60,401 nucleotides of DNA from Candidatus Omnitrophota bacterium (GCA_030637405.1 DAOWGP010000052.1:1-60401); one strand, 5' to 3'; shown: positions 31,086-41,504, numbered from the stretch's first letter. A program made the numbers and translations. The notes: generated by a model not told the origin, from the sequence alone.

Positions 31086-32200
31086 TCGCCGGAGAAGCAT
31101 CCGGAGACATGCATGCCGCTCATCTCATTGAGACCATTCATCGTCTTGATCCTTCTATTACCTTTTCTGGTCTCGGCGGGCCAAAAATGAAAGCCGCCGG
31201 CGTTCATCTTCATGAGGACCTCACCAAAATGGCCGTTGTAGGATTTTGGGAGGTCGTTAAACATTACAAAGATATTAAAAGGATATTCCACCTCATTTTA
31301 AAGAAGATAGAAGAAATCCATGTCGATGCCGTTATTCTTGTCGACTATCCCGGGTTTAATCTTCGTCTCGCGCGGGAATTGAAAAAACGGAATATCAAGG
31401 TCATATACTATATCAGCCCACAAGTGTGGGCCTGGAAGCAAAAACGTGTTCACTTTATCAAGAAAAACGTCGATAAAATGCTGGTTCTTTTCCAATTCGA
31501 AAAGAATTTTTACGCGGATTTCGGAGTTGATGTCCATTTTGTCGGACATCCCCTCATCGACACGATCAAGGTCCACAGCGCAAAAGAGAGTTTTCTTGAA
31601 AGCAAGAATCTTTCTGCCGATAAACTGACGATCGGTATTTTGCCCGGGTCACGGGAAAAGGAAATCGAAAACCTCCTGCCGATCATGCTTGAGGCGGCAG
31701 GAATATTAGGCCAAGAGTTTCCTCAAGTTCAATTTCTTATCATGAAAGCGCCAACAATCGCACGACCTTCCATAGAGCGATACCTGCAAAACAGGTCCCT
31801 TACCTGCCAGATCGTCAACGGAAATATTTATGACGGCATTAATGCCAGCGACCTGTGCATGGTTGCTTCCGGCACAGCAACTTTGGAGACAGCCATTTTA
31901 CAAAAGCCGATGGTCGTTATTTACAAGACCTCACTTTTAACGTGGATTCTGGCCAAACTTTTTGTAAAGATCGCGAATATCGGGCTGGTTAATGTCGTGG
32001 CAGGAAATCGTATCGTTCCGGAATGCGTGCAGTTTCAGGCGACAGGACAAAAAATTGCGGGGGAACTGAAAAATATTTTTACAAATGAGCTGAAGATCGC
32101 GGATATTAAAACAAATTTAAAGTCAGTAAAAGAATCACTGGGCCCTGGCGGAGCAAGCCTGCGGGCCGCGGAGGAAATATTAAAAACAATAAGCAGTTAA
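31055..32200 (+). CDS. lpxB: Lipid-A-disaccharide synthase
   Basis: AGEASGD, DYPGFN, YISPQVWAW, FVGHPL, LPGSR, SGTATLE. Confidence 0.96.
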   Translation: MGSTPKHLVVVAGEASGDMHAAHLIETIHRLDPSITFSGLGGPKMKAAGVHLHEDLTKMAVVGFWEVVKHYKDIKRIFHLILKKIEEIHVDAVILVDYPGFNLRLARELKKRNIKVIYYISPQVWAWKQKRVHFIKKNVDKMLVLFQFEKNFYADFGVDVHFVGHPLIDTIKVHSAKESFLESKNLSADKLTIGILPGSREKEIENLLPIMLEAAGILGQEFPQVQFLIMKAPTIARPSIERYLQNRSLTCQIVNGNIYDGINASDLCMVASGTATLETAILQKPMVVIYKTSLLTWILAKLFVKIANIGLVNVVAGNRIVPECVQFQATGQKIAGELKNIFTNELKIADIKTNLKSVKESLGPGGASLRAAEEILKTISS

Positions 32201-32211
32201 TATCGGGAAGA

Positions 32212-32976
32212 CTATATTCTTTCTAAGACGCCCAAAGGAACCCACCCTCTTTTTCCGTCTAATCGCTCGATTTTTATCCAGTTCGATTCCGGCCGCATGA
32301 TCTTCGCCTTCATTCCCTCAGATAATTTAAAGTGCACTGTTGAATCATCTCTTGGTTCGAAATAGGACTCCGCTGCTGTGACAACAACAGCTAAATCTCT
32401 AGCATATTGGATCTTAACAACAAGCCCAACAGCATATATCATCACGATCAATGACAGAAACGCCGCCATTCCCTGGATGAATGATCTCGGCCAGTTCAAA
32501 TAAAGAGATAAAAGGAAGACCATTCCTAAAACAAAAATAGCTCCTACAAGAATCATCACCATTTCGTTTATCGTATAAAATTCGATATAGCTTTTCATGG
32601 TTCTATCTAGAAAGTTTATCTTCTCCCCAGCGCTATAGCGGTTGATCCGTGAGGATACATAGCGGTTATTAAAGTTAAGGTCGCTGTCCCGCGGGATCAA
32701 ACTCTTGGCACGCTCATAATTAAGAATCGCTCTTCCCATATCCCCTTTTTTAAAATAACTGTTACCAAGATTGTAATAGACCGCCCCGCTTTGAAGCCCG
32801 CCTTCAATGATCTGAGTATACTTTGTAATCGCCTCTTCATATTGCCCGTCTTTATAGGCCATGCCCGCCGAAACAAACCTGGATAAGGCTTCCTTTTCAG
32901 TTATCTGGGCAAAACCGTTAACCGAGGTAAAAACGAACAGGAAGATTAAAAATAATATTAGTTTGAAATTTCTCAT
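32212..32976 (-). CDS. BatE-like TPR + SH3 protein
   Basis: YYNLGNSYFK TPR, TM helices, C-terminal W.KI...GWV SH3-like domain. Confidence 0.8.
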   Translation of the reverse strand: MRNFKLILFLIFLFVFTSVNGFAQITEKEALSRFVSAGMAYKDGQYEEAITKYTQIIEGGLQSGAVYYNLGNSYFKKGDMGRAILNYERAKSLIPRDSDLNFNNRYVSSRINRYSAGEKINFLDRTMKSYIEFYTINEMVMILVGAIFVLGMVFLLSLYLNWPRSFIQGMAAFLSLIVMIYAVGLVVKIQYARDLAVVVTAAESYFEPRDDSTVHFKLSEGMKAKIMRPESNWIKIERLDGKRGWVPLGVLERI

Positions 32977-34796
32977 TTTAAGAACCGCTCCAAGTGATCA
33001 ATGATCTGCGCTAAACGCTGATAACTTGCGTCCATATTTTCCCGGCTCACATCCGCCGAGGCATAACGGATCATATCGCATTCATCATAAGTCACTTTGA
33101 TATTATCAATCACTTTTTGCTCAATGTTATTCGCGCTTAAATATGACTGAACCGTTTCAAAGGCAACGGCTCCTGAGGAAAGATGAAGCTTATTCCCTAA
33201 ATACTGCTGAATCGTTTTAAAGACCGTATCATAGAATTCTCCTCCGTTGTGCGCCGCAATAAGCTTCTTTGCCTGCGCTAATCCTTTTTTCGCCTGCCGT
33301 GGCGCCTGTAAGCGTCGAGCATAAACACTATCTGTCTTGATCCGGTCGCTACGTTTATAATAGATAAGTCCCCCCGACCAAAAGAGCGTAAGAACGAAAA
33401 TGCAAATATAAAATAAACCGTTTTTGTAAATAGCTCCCCCTATAAGCCGTAGCCTTCCCGGCTTAGTTTTAATAAAGACGATATCTTGCCCCAAAGTTTC
33501 CGGCTCGACCACCCTAATCTCTCCCTCTAATCCAACAACTTTGAATTCTTCCCCTTTTTCTAATTTTCTCACTGTTATAGGAAATGGCCCCTTCTTGATT
33601 GTCTGATATTTTTTTAGTTTAGGATCAAAATACGTAAATTGAATTTGCGGGATCTCTGTTATTTCTTCCAACCGGGGAATGATCACTTGCTCTGTCTTTT
33701 TTATATTATCCTTCTCAAAAACCTGCGGATCATAAAGTTTAAAGTCCGTTGTCGATGGCAAAGACGGCATCTGAATTGCCGCTAGATTCCCTTCACCAAT
33801 AACCGTCAGTCTCATAGTGACCGGATCGCCTTCTTTGACCTCAGCCGGACTGACAGAAACGTTAAAATCGAATTGTCCGACACCGCCGGAGAAATCTTGC
33901 GGCCTGCTTTCCTCAGGAAGCGGCAAAACATTGATGATGGACTCTTTAGACTCCAATGCGATCGGCTGTTTTTCATGACGATCAAAAAATGAATTAAAGA
34001 AATCGTCATTGAATATCCTGTTGCGGCCACGAGGACGTCCCTGTCTGGCTGAACTCTTGACCAGTATATTACATTCTATTTTAGCTGGGCCCAAACGTAA
34101 TTCGCCTATCCGTGTCGGATAAATTTCCGTGCTAAATTCCACAACGCCATAACGTACTCCGCTTATAACTTGTTGATATTGTTTTGGTTTCTCAAATTTT
34201 CCGATAGAAAACCCGACATTATCAAACTGAGGATATTGAACTTCATTAACAGAAAGGCCGGAAATAAATAAAAAAACCTTGATGGTAAGACGCTCACTAA
34301 GATAAACTTCATCTTTAGGAAGCTCCAATGTTACAAAAATCTTGTCTTCAATCTTAACCTGACTTCCTGGCCCCGGCACCGATTGATCCCCGGTGCTAAC
34401 AACTTCAATTAAGATAGGGTCAACCCTATACGTCTTTCCCGAGGCGATCACATCAAAAACAGGGATTTGAAACTGTCCTACCTTCAGAGGAAATAAAGAA
34501 TAGGCGAACGCTTTGGAACTTGAATGCTGGCCGTTGATGATCGAAACGCGTGTCGAAGGCCCTAAGTAATTGACATTAAATCCTTCGACCTTCGGCAATT
34601 GGATCGGTTCAATAGCCTGACTACCATTGACCGTAATGATGAGTTGTGCCGTTGAACCTAAAAGAATTTTTCTTGAGCTGATTTCAACTTCAACGCTAAT
34701 ATCCTGGGCAAATCCATGCGAAGCTATCAGGATAAGAAATCCTAACAATAACATGAAGATGCTCGTTGATCTTAATTTATGAAAACGCATGTTCAT
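32973..34796 (-). CDS. BatD family protein
   Basis: Signal peptide, repeated beta-rich domains, FSGGVGQF, C-terminal TM; operon context. Confidence 0.85.
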   Translation of the reverse strand: MNMRFHKLRSTSIFMLLLGFLILIASHGFAQDISVEVEISSRKILLGSTAQLIITVNGSQAIEPIQLPKVEGFNVNYLGPSTRVSIINGQHSSSKAFAYSLFPLKVGQFQIPVFDVIASGKTYRVDPILIEVVSTGDQSVPGPGSQVKIEDKIFVTLELPKDEVYLSERLTIKVFLFISGLSVNEVQYPQFDNVGFSIGKFEKPKQYQQVISGVRYGVVEFSTEIYPTRIGELRLGPAKIECNILVKSSARQGRPRGRNRIFNDDFFNSFFDRHEKQPIALESKESIINVLPLPEESRPQDFSGGVGQFDFNVSVSPAEVKEGDPVTMRLTVIGEGNLAAIQMPSLPSTTDFKLYDPQVFEKDNIKKTEQVIIPRLEEITEIPQIQFTYFDPKLKKYQTIKKGPFPITVRKLEKGEEFKVVGLEGEIRVVEPETLGQDIVFIKTKPGRLRLIGGAIYKNGLFYICIFVLTLFWSGGLIYYKRSDRIKTDSVYARRLQAPRQAKKGLAQAKKLIAAHNGGEFYDTVFKTIQQYLGNKLHLSSGAVAFETVQSYLSANNIEQKVIDNIKVTYDECDMIRYASADVSRENMDASYQRLAQIIDHLERFLK

Positions 34797-34805
34797 ATAG
34801 GTCTA

Positions 34806-35753
34806 TCACCAATCTTTGAAAACAGGACGCTTATCATTTGCCCTCGGATGAACATTGAGAAGCCCTTGCGGTTCTTCAGCCTGTTGATAACTCTCTAGAA
34901 GCATTTGAGCCTCTTTTTGAGTTAACTCCTGGGCATTTTGCGACTGCGCACCCTCCTCTTGCTGTTTATTATAATCTTCTTTCTCCTCTTGTCCACGCCC
35001 TTGATCCTGTTTTTCCTGCTGTTCCTGCGACGGCTCTTCTTGCCCTGATTGAGCTTTCTTCTCTTCGCCGTCCGCGCTTTGTTGTTCTTGCTGCTGTTTC
35101 TGCCCCTCTTCCCCTTGCTGGCCTTCCTGCTGTTGCTGTCGTTGGCTTTCCTGTTTTTCTTGCGATGACTGCTCCTGCTGTTGCTGGTCTTTCTTATCTT
35201 TCGGCAGATCGCATTGTTTTTGATTTTGTTCCTTCTGCTGTTCCTGTTTTTCTTTCAACCGCATTAATTCCTTCTGAACATATTCAAAATTATGATTCGC
35301 GTCCTTATTGCCTTCATCAATGGATAAAGCCCGTTTGTATTGGCTGATAGATTTTTCCAGAGAAGATATCGCAAGATCGATATCATCTTCCACATGCGTC
35401 ATCCCGGCCCGATATAACGCATTCCCAAGATTATAATGCGCGCTTATCCTTAATTCATCATCTTCGCTTAAAAAAACTTTCTGAAGATGGTCGATAGCTT
35501 TTTCATAATCCTCTTCCTTATAAAAAGCTGTTCCTAAATTAAAATTTACAATGTCAGATTCGGGAGCTTTCTTTAAAGCGTCGGCATATTTCTCACGGGA
35601 AGCCGCATAGTCACCGTTTTGATAATGACGGTTGCCTTCCTTAATATCCCGTTTGGGTGATGCGGCTTCAGCCGCAACACAATGAACCAATACACAGAGG
35701 ATACTCAGAAAGGCTTTTTGTCTGATAGTTGTTTTTTTCGCGTCGTTAAACAT
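34806..35753 (-). CDS. BatC-like TPR protein with Q/E-rich linker
   Basis: FNLGTAFYK, HYNLGNALY, low-complexity Q/E tract, C-terminal KDW. Confidence 0.85.
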   Translation of the reverse strand: MFNDAKKTTIRQKAFLSILCVLVHCVAAEAASPKRDIKEGNRHYQNGDYAASREKYADALKKAPESDIVNFNLGTAFYKEEDYEKAIDHLQKVFLSEDDELRISAHYNLGNALYRAGMTHVEDDIDLAISSLEKSISQYKRALSIDEGNKDANHNFEYVQKELMRLKEKQEQQKEQNQKQCDLPKDKKDQQQQEQSSQEKQESQRQQQQEGQQGEEGQKQQQEQQSADGEEKKAQSGQEEPSQEQQEKQDQGRGQEEKEDYNKQQEEGAQSQNAQELTQKEAQMLLESYQQAEEPQGLLNVHPRANDKRPVFKDW

Positions 35754-36727
35754 GTTTCAATCACCAATAATAGAAAAGCGATTCCTAATGGAAATTGGAA
35801 CCGTTCAAAGTATTTCTTTTCCATTTTTGCTTCAATTTCTCTTTTTTCAATTTTCGATAATTCACGTTCATAGATCAAATCCAGGCCAAACTTGCTGCCG
35901 CTGGCTTTAATATAAATACCGCCTGTAACAAGAGCGATCTGTTTCAGTAACCTCTCATTTAACCGTGATTTTACAAAATTTCCGTCACGATCCTTTAAGA
36001 AGGCCGTTTGACCTCCTTCACCCTTGATTTGGATCAATTCTCCCTCATCGCTTCCGATACCGACACAATAGATCTTTATTCCTTTTTCCTTTGCCGCCTT
36101 CGCTGCTTCAATAGGCTTTCCTTCCAAATCATCTCCATCCGTGATAATAATGATCGCCTTGTGTTCACTGGAGGTCTTATCATAATCTTTTATGGCCTCA
36201 TTGATTGCTTTGGCAAGATTGGTCCCGCCGCGCGGAACCGTATCAACATTAAGGTCTTTGAGGCTCACCTGAAAACCGCCGTAATCAACTGTAAGAGGGC
36301 ATATCAAAAAGGACTCTCCCGAGAACGCAATAAGGCCAATGCGGTCCCCCTTTAGCTTCTTAAGCAGGTCCTGTACGGCAAATTTCGTACGCTGCAAACG
36401 ATTAGGCTTGACATCTTGCGTCAACATGCTTTTAGACGTGTCGATGACAACCAAGATATCGATGCCCTGCCACTTGACTTCCTGCCATTGAAATCCCCAT
36501 TGTGGACGGATCAATGCCAGAAGACTAAATACAAAGACGGCCACAAGAAAAATATTTTTGTTCCTGGCCTTTTTGGGGTCAAAACAAAACGCGATATCCT
36601 TAACAAGGTGTTCTTGCGTAAAACGCTCAACCGCGCCTTTATGATGTTTCCTGGCCCAAAATAAAAACATCATAAGGCCGATCACCGCCCATAACCAAAC
36701 CAACATGTTTAACTGCGCGAAATGCAT
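35705..36727 (-). CDS. BatB-like VWA protein
   Basis: DTSKSM MIDAS, PNRL, CPLTVD, ITDG. Confidence 0.88.
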   Translation of the reverse strand: MHFAQLNMLVWLWAVIGLMMFLFWARKHHKGAVERFTQEHLVKDIAFCFDPKKARNKNIFLVAVFVFSLLALIRPQWGFQWQEVKWQGIDILVVIDTSKSMLTQDVKPNRLQRTKFAVQDLLKKLKGDRIGLIAFSGESFLICPLTVDYGGFQVSLKDLNVDTVPRGGTNLAKAINEAIKDYDKTSSEHKAIIIITDGDDLEGKPIEAAKAAKEKGIKIYCVGIGSDEGELIQIKGEGGQTAFLKDRDGNFVKSRLNERLLKQIALVTGGIYIKASGSKFGLDLIYERELSKIEKREIEAKMEKKYFERFQFPLGIAFLLLVIETCLTTRKKQLSDKKPF

Positions 36728-36731
36728 AAAA

Positions 36732-37727
36732 TCACGGAACCCTTAAAAATATTGTATTAGCTGAGACCTCTTCCAAAAAAAGAATCATTAAAGAGGCAAT
36801 CAGAAAATAACTAAACAGCTCTTTATATTCCTTATATCCATATTCTTCGATCTTGACCGTCTCTAAAGCGTCGATCTCCTCGTAAATATTACGCAGAGAT
36901 TCGGTATCTGTTGCGCGAAAATATTTCCCGCCCGTTATATCAGCGACTTCCTGAAGCATTTCTTCATCGAGTTCAATAGGAATATTTTGATAGACTTTCC
37001 TCCCCCAAGGATCCCTTGCGGGAAACGGAACTCTTCCCTTTGTACCCGCTCCAATCGTGTAGATCTTAATGCCAAAGGCCTCGGCAACACGAGCGGCTTC
37101 AATCGGGCTCATTTTTCCGGCATTATTGACGCCGTCAGTCAACAAAATGATCACCTTGCTCTTGGCATCACTGTTTTCCAATCGTGCGACCGATGAAACA
37201 ATCGCTGATCCTACCGCCGTGCCATCTTGGATTAATCCAAGTTCAACACGATCCAAATTTGTTAAAAGCCACGAATGATCTGTCGTTAAGGGACTGACGG
37301 TATAAGCAAGGCGGGCAAAGGCTACTAGTCCCAGACGATCATTTTTTCTCTCCTTAACGAATTCCTGCACGACCTTTTTTACAATGTCTAAACGATTGTA
37401 CCTCCTTGCCTTCATAACAAAATCCTCAGCCGCCATACTGCCCGATGCATCAATGGCTAAAACAATATCAATACCTTCGGTCTTATGTACCGTCTCTTCT
37501 AATACGGAACGCGGGCCAGCAAGCGCGATCAAAAATAATATGACCGCCAAAAGGCGCAACACGTAAGGAACCTGATGAAATCGCACTTTCCATGTCGCCT
37601 TAAGGGATGATACGATCCCGGTGGAAGAAAACTGAAAACTTGTTGCCCTCTGCCGCTTCTTAATAAAAATAATAAGAGCCAGAACCAACGGGATAATTAG
37701 GATGATCCAAGGATTTTTAAATATCAT
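36732..37727 (-). CDS. BatA-like VWA protein
   Basis: DASGSM MIDAS, GTAVG, LLTDGVNN, TGGKYFRA. Confidence 0.9.
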   Translation of the reverse strand: MIFKNPWIILIIPLVLALIIFIKKRQRATSFQFSSTGIVSSLKATWKVRFHQVPYVLRLLAVILFLIALAGPRSVLEETVHKTEGIDIVLAIDASGSMAAEDFVMKARRYNRLDIVKKVVQEFVKERKNDRLGLVAFARLAYTVSPLTTDHSWLLTNLDRVELGLIQDGTAVGSAIVSSVARLENSDAKSKVIILLTDGVNNAGKMSPIEAARVAEAFGIKIYTIGAGTKGRVPFPARDPWGRKVYQNIPIELDEEMLQEVADITGGKYFRATDTESLRNIYEEIDALETVKIEEYGYKEYKELFSYFLIASLMILFLEEVSANTIFLRVP

Positions 37728-37735
37728 AGTACGAA

Positions 37736-38368
37736 CTAGCTATCTGTTGACGCTAAATTTGGGGCAGCATCCACGATTTTCGTTTCCTCGATTAATTGCC
37801 TGGCAAAGAGAAAACTTTCTTCCGCCTCCTCAACACGGGGAATATGCTTGGCAAATTTAATAATATCGCACGAAGTCATGAACTTTTTCAGCGTTTCCTT
37901 ATGAACAGCGCTTAACTCTCTTGACCGCTCAAGTGACCATAAAAATTCCTCGGTCGTCATTTCCGGGGCCCGGATCTTAAAGCGGTTTTCAAAATAATAC
38001 CGGATAATGCCCGAGAGCTCGGAATAATACTCTTTAAAGCGTCCTTCCTGCAAATAAGAACTTCTGGCTAATTGGTCCAATTGATCATAGGCAATTTCCC
38101 ATGGCAAACGGTTATCGACAGGCAGCGCCGCGGTTCCATCCTTCCATTTTCGTCTTAGATAAATATAACCAGCTAAACATGCAACCAGGACGAGAAAAAG
38201 AATAATAACCAGGAAGAAATAGTTGAACGGAAAATAAACAGGCGACCGGACATCGCGAAGGCCTTCACTCGCAACAACCGCATTATCGTCTGCACATGCA
38301 ACCGAAGCAAAGAAGATAATAAAGTTCCATAGAAATATTGCTGGGGCTTTTTGTTTCATATTCATCAA
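37736..38368 (-). CDS. Bat-operon membrane protein (DUF4381-like)
   Basis: LRDV..P, TM helix, IIRYYFE, EMTTEE, DIIKFAK. Confidence 0.7.
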   Translation of the reverse strand: MMNMKQKAPAIFLWNFIIFFASVACADDNAVVASEGLRDVRSPVYFPFNYFFLVIILFLVLVACLAGYIYLRRKWKDGTAALPVDNRLPWEIAYDQLDQLARSSYLQEGRFKEYYSELSGIIRYYFENRFKIRAPEMTTEEFLWSLERSRELSAVHKETLKKFMTSCDIIKFAKHIPRVEEAEESFLFARQLIEETKIVDAAPNLASTDS

Positions 38369-39309
38369 CGTTTCCGGCGGCGGCGTTTCGCGAAAAATTT
38401 TACGATCGCGTTTGTATAAGGAACATCGGTTGAAATGTCGATATAATCCGTCCCGACAGACCGGAAAAGCCGCTCACGCTGTTTCAAACGTTCTGTATTA
38501 TTTTGATGATATTGCCGGCGCAATGCCGCATCCGATGAATCGATCAATATCGTTTTTCCCGTCTCGGCATCTTCGAGAGTAATGATCCCGGAATCGGACA
38601 ATTGCATCTCCCGAGGATCATTTAAGGTTATGGCGATCACATCATGCCGCTTATTCGCAATAGCCAGCGACTTCTTGAGTATCTCTTCAGAGCTATTGAG
38701 CCCCTCACGGTAATTCTGGCCATTTTTTTCCGGACGCAATATTGTCCCGGATGGAAAGAAATCAGAAATCAGAAACACGATCGATTTACGCGTGGTAACC
38801 TTATTTAAATATTCCAAAGCATTCATAATATCTGTGGAGTGCCCCTCCGGTTCAAAGTAAAGCACCTCACGGATCACGTGCAGAACATGGCGCAGGCCCT
38901 TTCGCGGCGGAATGAATTTTTCGATCCTGTCGGTAAACATGATCAGGCCGACTTTATCATTGTTGCGGATAGCCGAGAAGGCCAAGATCGCCGCTATTTC
39001 AGCCGCTAATTGACTTTTAAGCATATTAACAGAGGCGAACCGGCAGGATAAAGATACATCCACGAGGATCATAACGGTGAGTTCACGCTCTTCGATGAAT
39101 TTCTTGATATGCGGTTTTCCGGTACGCGCCGTCACGTTCCAGTCAATGGTCCGCACATCATCGCCGGGCTGGTATTCGCGCACCTCGTCAAACTCGACGC
39201 CCTGTCCTTTAAAGACGCTGTGATACTCTCCGGCAAAGACGTCCGAAACAAGCCTTGAGGTCGTAATCTCAATTCGCCTGACTTTTTGGAAAAGTTCTTT
39301 TGGAATCAT
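38365..39309 (-). CDS. DUF58 protein
   Basis: EFDEVREYQPGDDVRTIDWNVTAR, ISDF. Confidence 0.93.
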   Translation of the reverse strand: MIPKELFQKVRRIEITTSRLVSDVFAGEYHSVFKGQGVEFDEVREYQPGDDVRTIDWNVTARTGKPHIKKFIEERELTVMILVDVSLSCRFASVNMLKSQLAAEIAAILAFSAIRNNDKVGLIMFTDRIEKFIPPRKGLRHVLHVIREVLYFEPEGHSTDIMNALEYLNKVTTRKSIVFLISDFFPSGTILRPEKNGQNYREGLNSSEEILKKSLAIANKRHDVIAITLNDPREMQLSDSGIITLEDAETGKTILIDSSDAALRRQYHQNNTERLKQRERLFRSVGTDYIDISTDVPYTNAIVKFFAKRRRRKR

Positions 39310-39312
39310 TTT

Positions 39313-39405
39313 CAGGGGTCAGGGTACAGGGTTCAGGGTTCAGAATGCAGATTATAATCAGTGTGATTTAAAATCTGTACCCTGTTCCCTGAACCCTGGC
39401 CCCTG
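39313..39405. repeat. Heptamer-repeat inverted structure
   Basis: CAGGGGT CAGGGTA CAGGGTT CAGGGTT CAGA opposite TCTGTAC CCTGTTC CCTGAAC CCTGGCC CCTG. Confidence 0.8.
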
Positions 39406-39406
39406 T

Positions 39407-40402
39407 TTATGGTACTTCGATCTCGTCAAAGATCATTCGGATAATATCTTCTGAAGTTTTTTCTTCGGCTTCCGCCTCGTAACTGACAATCACACGATGA
39501 CGCAAGACATCCATGCCGATCGATTTGATATCCTGCGGCGTAACATAGCCTCTGCCCTGAAGAAAGGCATAGGCCTTCGCGGCAACCGTTAAATAAATCG
39601 TGGCCCGTGGAGAAGCCCCGAATTGTATAAGGCCCTTTAAATCCGGCAATTGATAATTCTGCGGCTGGCGTGTCGCGTCCACAATATCCACGATATAGTG
39701 TTCGATCTTTTCATCCAAGTAGACCTCGTCGACAACACTGCGCGCATTGAGGAGATCTTTCGCGGTAATGATTTCACGAACATCGATCTGCTTGTTGGTA
39801 AAGGACATCCTTTTTAAGATCTGGTATTCCTCTTCCTTGTTCGGATAATCAATCACAACCTTGAGCATAAAACGGTCGACCTGGGCTTCGGGCAAGGGAT
39901 AGGTGCCTTCCTGCTCGATCGGGTTTTGCGTCGCTAAAACAAGGAAGGGTTCGGCAAGCTGCCGCGTCTCATCGCCGATCGTGACCTGACGTTCCTGCAT
40001 GGCCTCTAAAAGCGCGCTTTGAACTTTGGCCGGCGCGCGGTTGATCTCATCGGCTAAAATAATATTCGCGAAAATGGGGCCGGTTTTTACTTTAAAATCT
40101 CCTGTCCGTTGATCATAGATCAGGGTCCCGGTCAGGTCAGCAGGTAACATATCCGGCGTAAACTGTATGCGCTGGAATTTTGCCTGAAGCGTTGATGAAA
40201 GCGTCTTTACAGCGGTGGTCTTAGCAAGCCCGGGAACCCCTTCAAGAAGAATATGGCCATTCGCCAGAAGACCGACCATCAGGCGATCCAGAAGATATCT
40301 CTGGCCAACAATGACTTTTTGCATTTCAAGAAGAACCCCCTCGATGAACCCGCTTTCTTTTTTGACCTTTTCATTGATAAGTGTAATATCCTGGTTTGTC
40401 AT
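39407..40402 (-). CDS. MoxR-family AAA+ ATPase
   Basis: GVPGLAKT, RIQFTPD, DEINRAPAKVQSALLE, NPIEQEGTYPLPEAQ. Confidence 0.95.
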   Translation of the reverse strand: MTNQDITLINEKVKKESGFIEGVLLEMQKVIVGQRYLLDRLMVGLLANGHILLEGVPGLAKTTAVKTLSSTLQAKFQRIQFTPDMLPADLTGTLIYDQRTGDFKVKTGPIFANIILADEINRAPAKVQSALLEAMQERQVTIGDETRQLAEPFLVLATQNPIEQEGTYPLPEAQVDRFMLKVVIDYPNKEEEYQILKRMSFTNKQIDVREIITAKDLLNARSVVDEVYLDEKIEHYIVDIVDATRQPQNYQLPDLKGLIQFGASPRATIYLTVAAKAYAFLQGRGYVTPQDIKSIGMDVLRHRVIVSYEAEAEEKTSEDIIRMIFDEIEVP

Positions 40403-40609
40403 TATCCTTTACCTCCCGAATAGTTAAATAACGCATAGAAAAGCGTTATTAATAGTAGTATTATTTAATTTTATAATACTTATCATTTCTGTCAATACAA
40501 ATAATGTGGATTTATGGATTTAACCTGTAGACGACCATGAGAATGGAGCAAGAAACAATCAGAGCGGCCCCCGTCTTAACGGGATCCGTTGAAACGAATG
40601 ATTATGTGC

Positions 40610-40702
40610 TTATAATTTTTTCAGGCGCCGCGACATTTCTTTATATGCTTCTTCATCACGTCGCATGCCGACTTTTAAAACAAGGATTTTTATCTTCCAC
40701 AT
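40610..40702 (-). pseudogene. RelE/ParE-like toxin remnant (in-frame internal deletion)
   Basis: MWKIKI-LVLKVGMRRDEEAYKEMSRRLKKL*, 30 aa, starting 6 bp after the antitoxin stop. Confidence 0.65.
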
Positions 40703-40708
40703 TTTGGA

Positions 40709-40978
40709 TTATTTCAAAAGGCTTTCAATATTAATATAATCGCTGTCTTTGCTGTTTTTAAAACGTTCCTGAGCAATAAAGCCTAAAACAAGATCTTCAG
40801 CCATCTCTAAAACATTTTGCATATGCGTATATTCTTCAGTTGACATTAAGACCGCTTGAGGTTTGCGCCTTTTTTCAATAATGACAAGCCCTTTACGCGC
40901 TTTTTCAAGAATTTTTTCAATTCCCGTGCGCAATTCTGAAACGCCGACTAATGTGGTATTTTCTTCAATCGTAATCAT
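40709..40978 (-). CDS. Phd/YefM-family antitoxin
   Basis: VGVSELRT, VIIEKRRKPQAVLMS.EEY, acidic C-terminus. Confidence 0.85.
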   Translation of the reverse strand: MITIEENTTLVGVSELRTGIEKILEKARKGLVIIEKRRKPQAVLMSTEEYTHMQNVLEMAEDLVLGFIAQERFKNSKDSDYINIESLLK

Positions 40979-41211
40979 TTTTTTGACCTAATCTTTCATT
41001 TTTATACTTAAAGCATAATATTTATCATTATGATTGTTAAATCAACAGCCATTCTAACAGTTCAATTGGCAATTAATTTGGCATTAAGAAACGGATCGAG
41101 TCTTGAAGGTTGAATTAAAACCTGTGGTGTTTTCAATTTTCAAGATTTGATCCCTTTTTCAGATTTCTTAGCGCGCATTAAGTATGCGCCCCCGGAATTC
41201 CGTAATATTTT

Positions 41212-41451
41212 CTAAATCAAATCTGGCAAATTTTCTCTTGGCAATAAAAGATGTATAGAGCGTGCTTGGCCAGGTATTTTTGAAATGAATCCACATTTAT
41301 CAAGTGTTTTTATCATTTGGTGTATTGATGACCAAGTAACTTTAAAGTATTTTTGCATATCAGCTTCCGAAGGTGGATGCCCATGGATTCTTGTATAATA
41401 ATAGATAAATGCTAGGTATTGGCCTTGTCGATATGTGTATTTATTTTTCAA
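41212..41451 (-). CDS. LexA-type/MarR-like winged HTH regulator
   Basis: T.RQGQYLAFI, PPSEADMQKYF.V, IHQMIKTL, PGQARSI. Confidence 0.8.
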   Translation of the reverse strand: MKNKYTYRQGQYLAFIYYYTRIHGHPPSEADMQKYFKVTWSSIHQMIKTLDKCGFISKIPGQARSIHLLLPRENLPDLI

Positions 41452-41504
41452 ATTATTTTAATGGAATATCATAAATTATTTTTTATATTATCAAAATTTA
41501 TCCT

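Noticed and set aside
32212-40402. MoxR-DUF58-VWA-TPR cluster as a novel system
   Set aside because: Matches the well-known Bat operon architecture
40537-40734. 65-aa plus-strand ORF
   Set aside because: Antisense to the toxin remnant and antitoxin; no motif support
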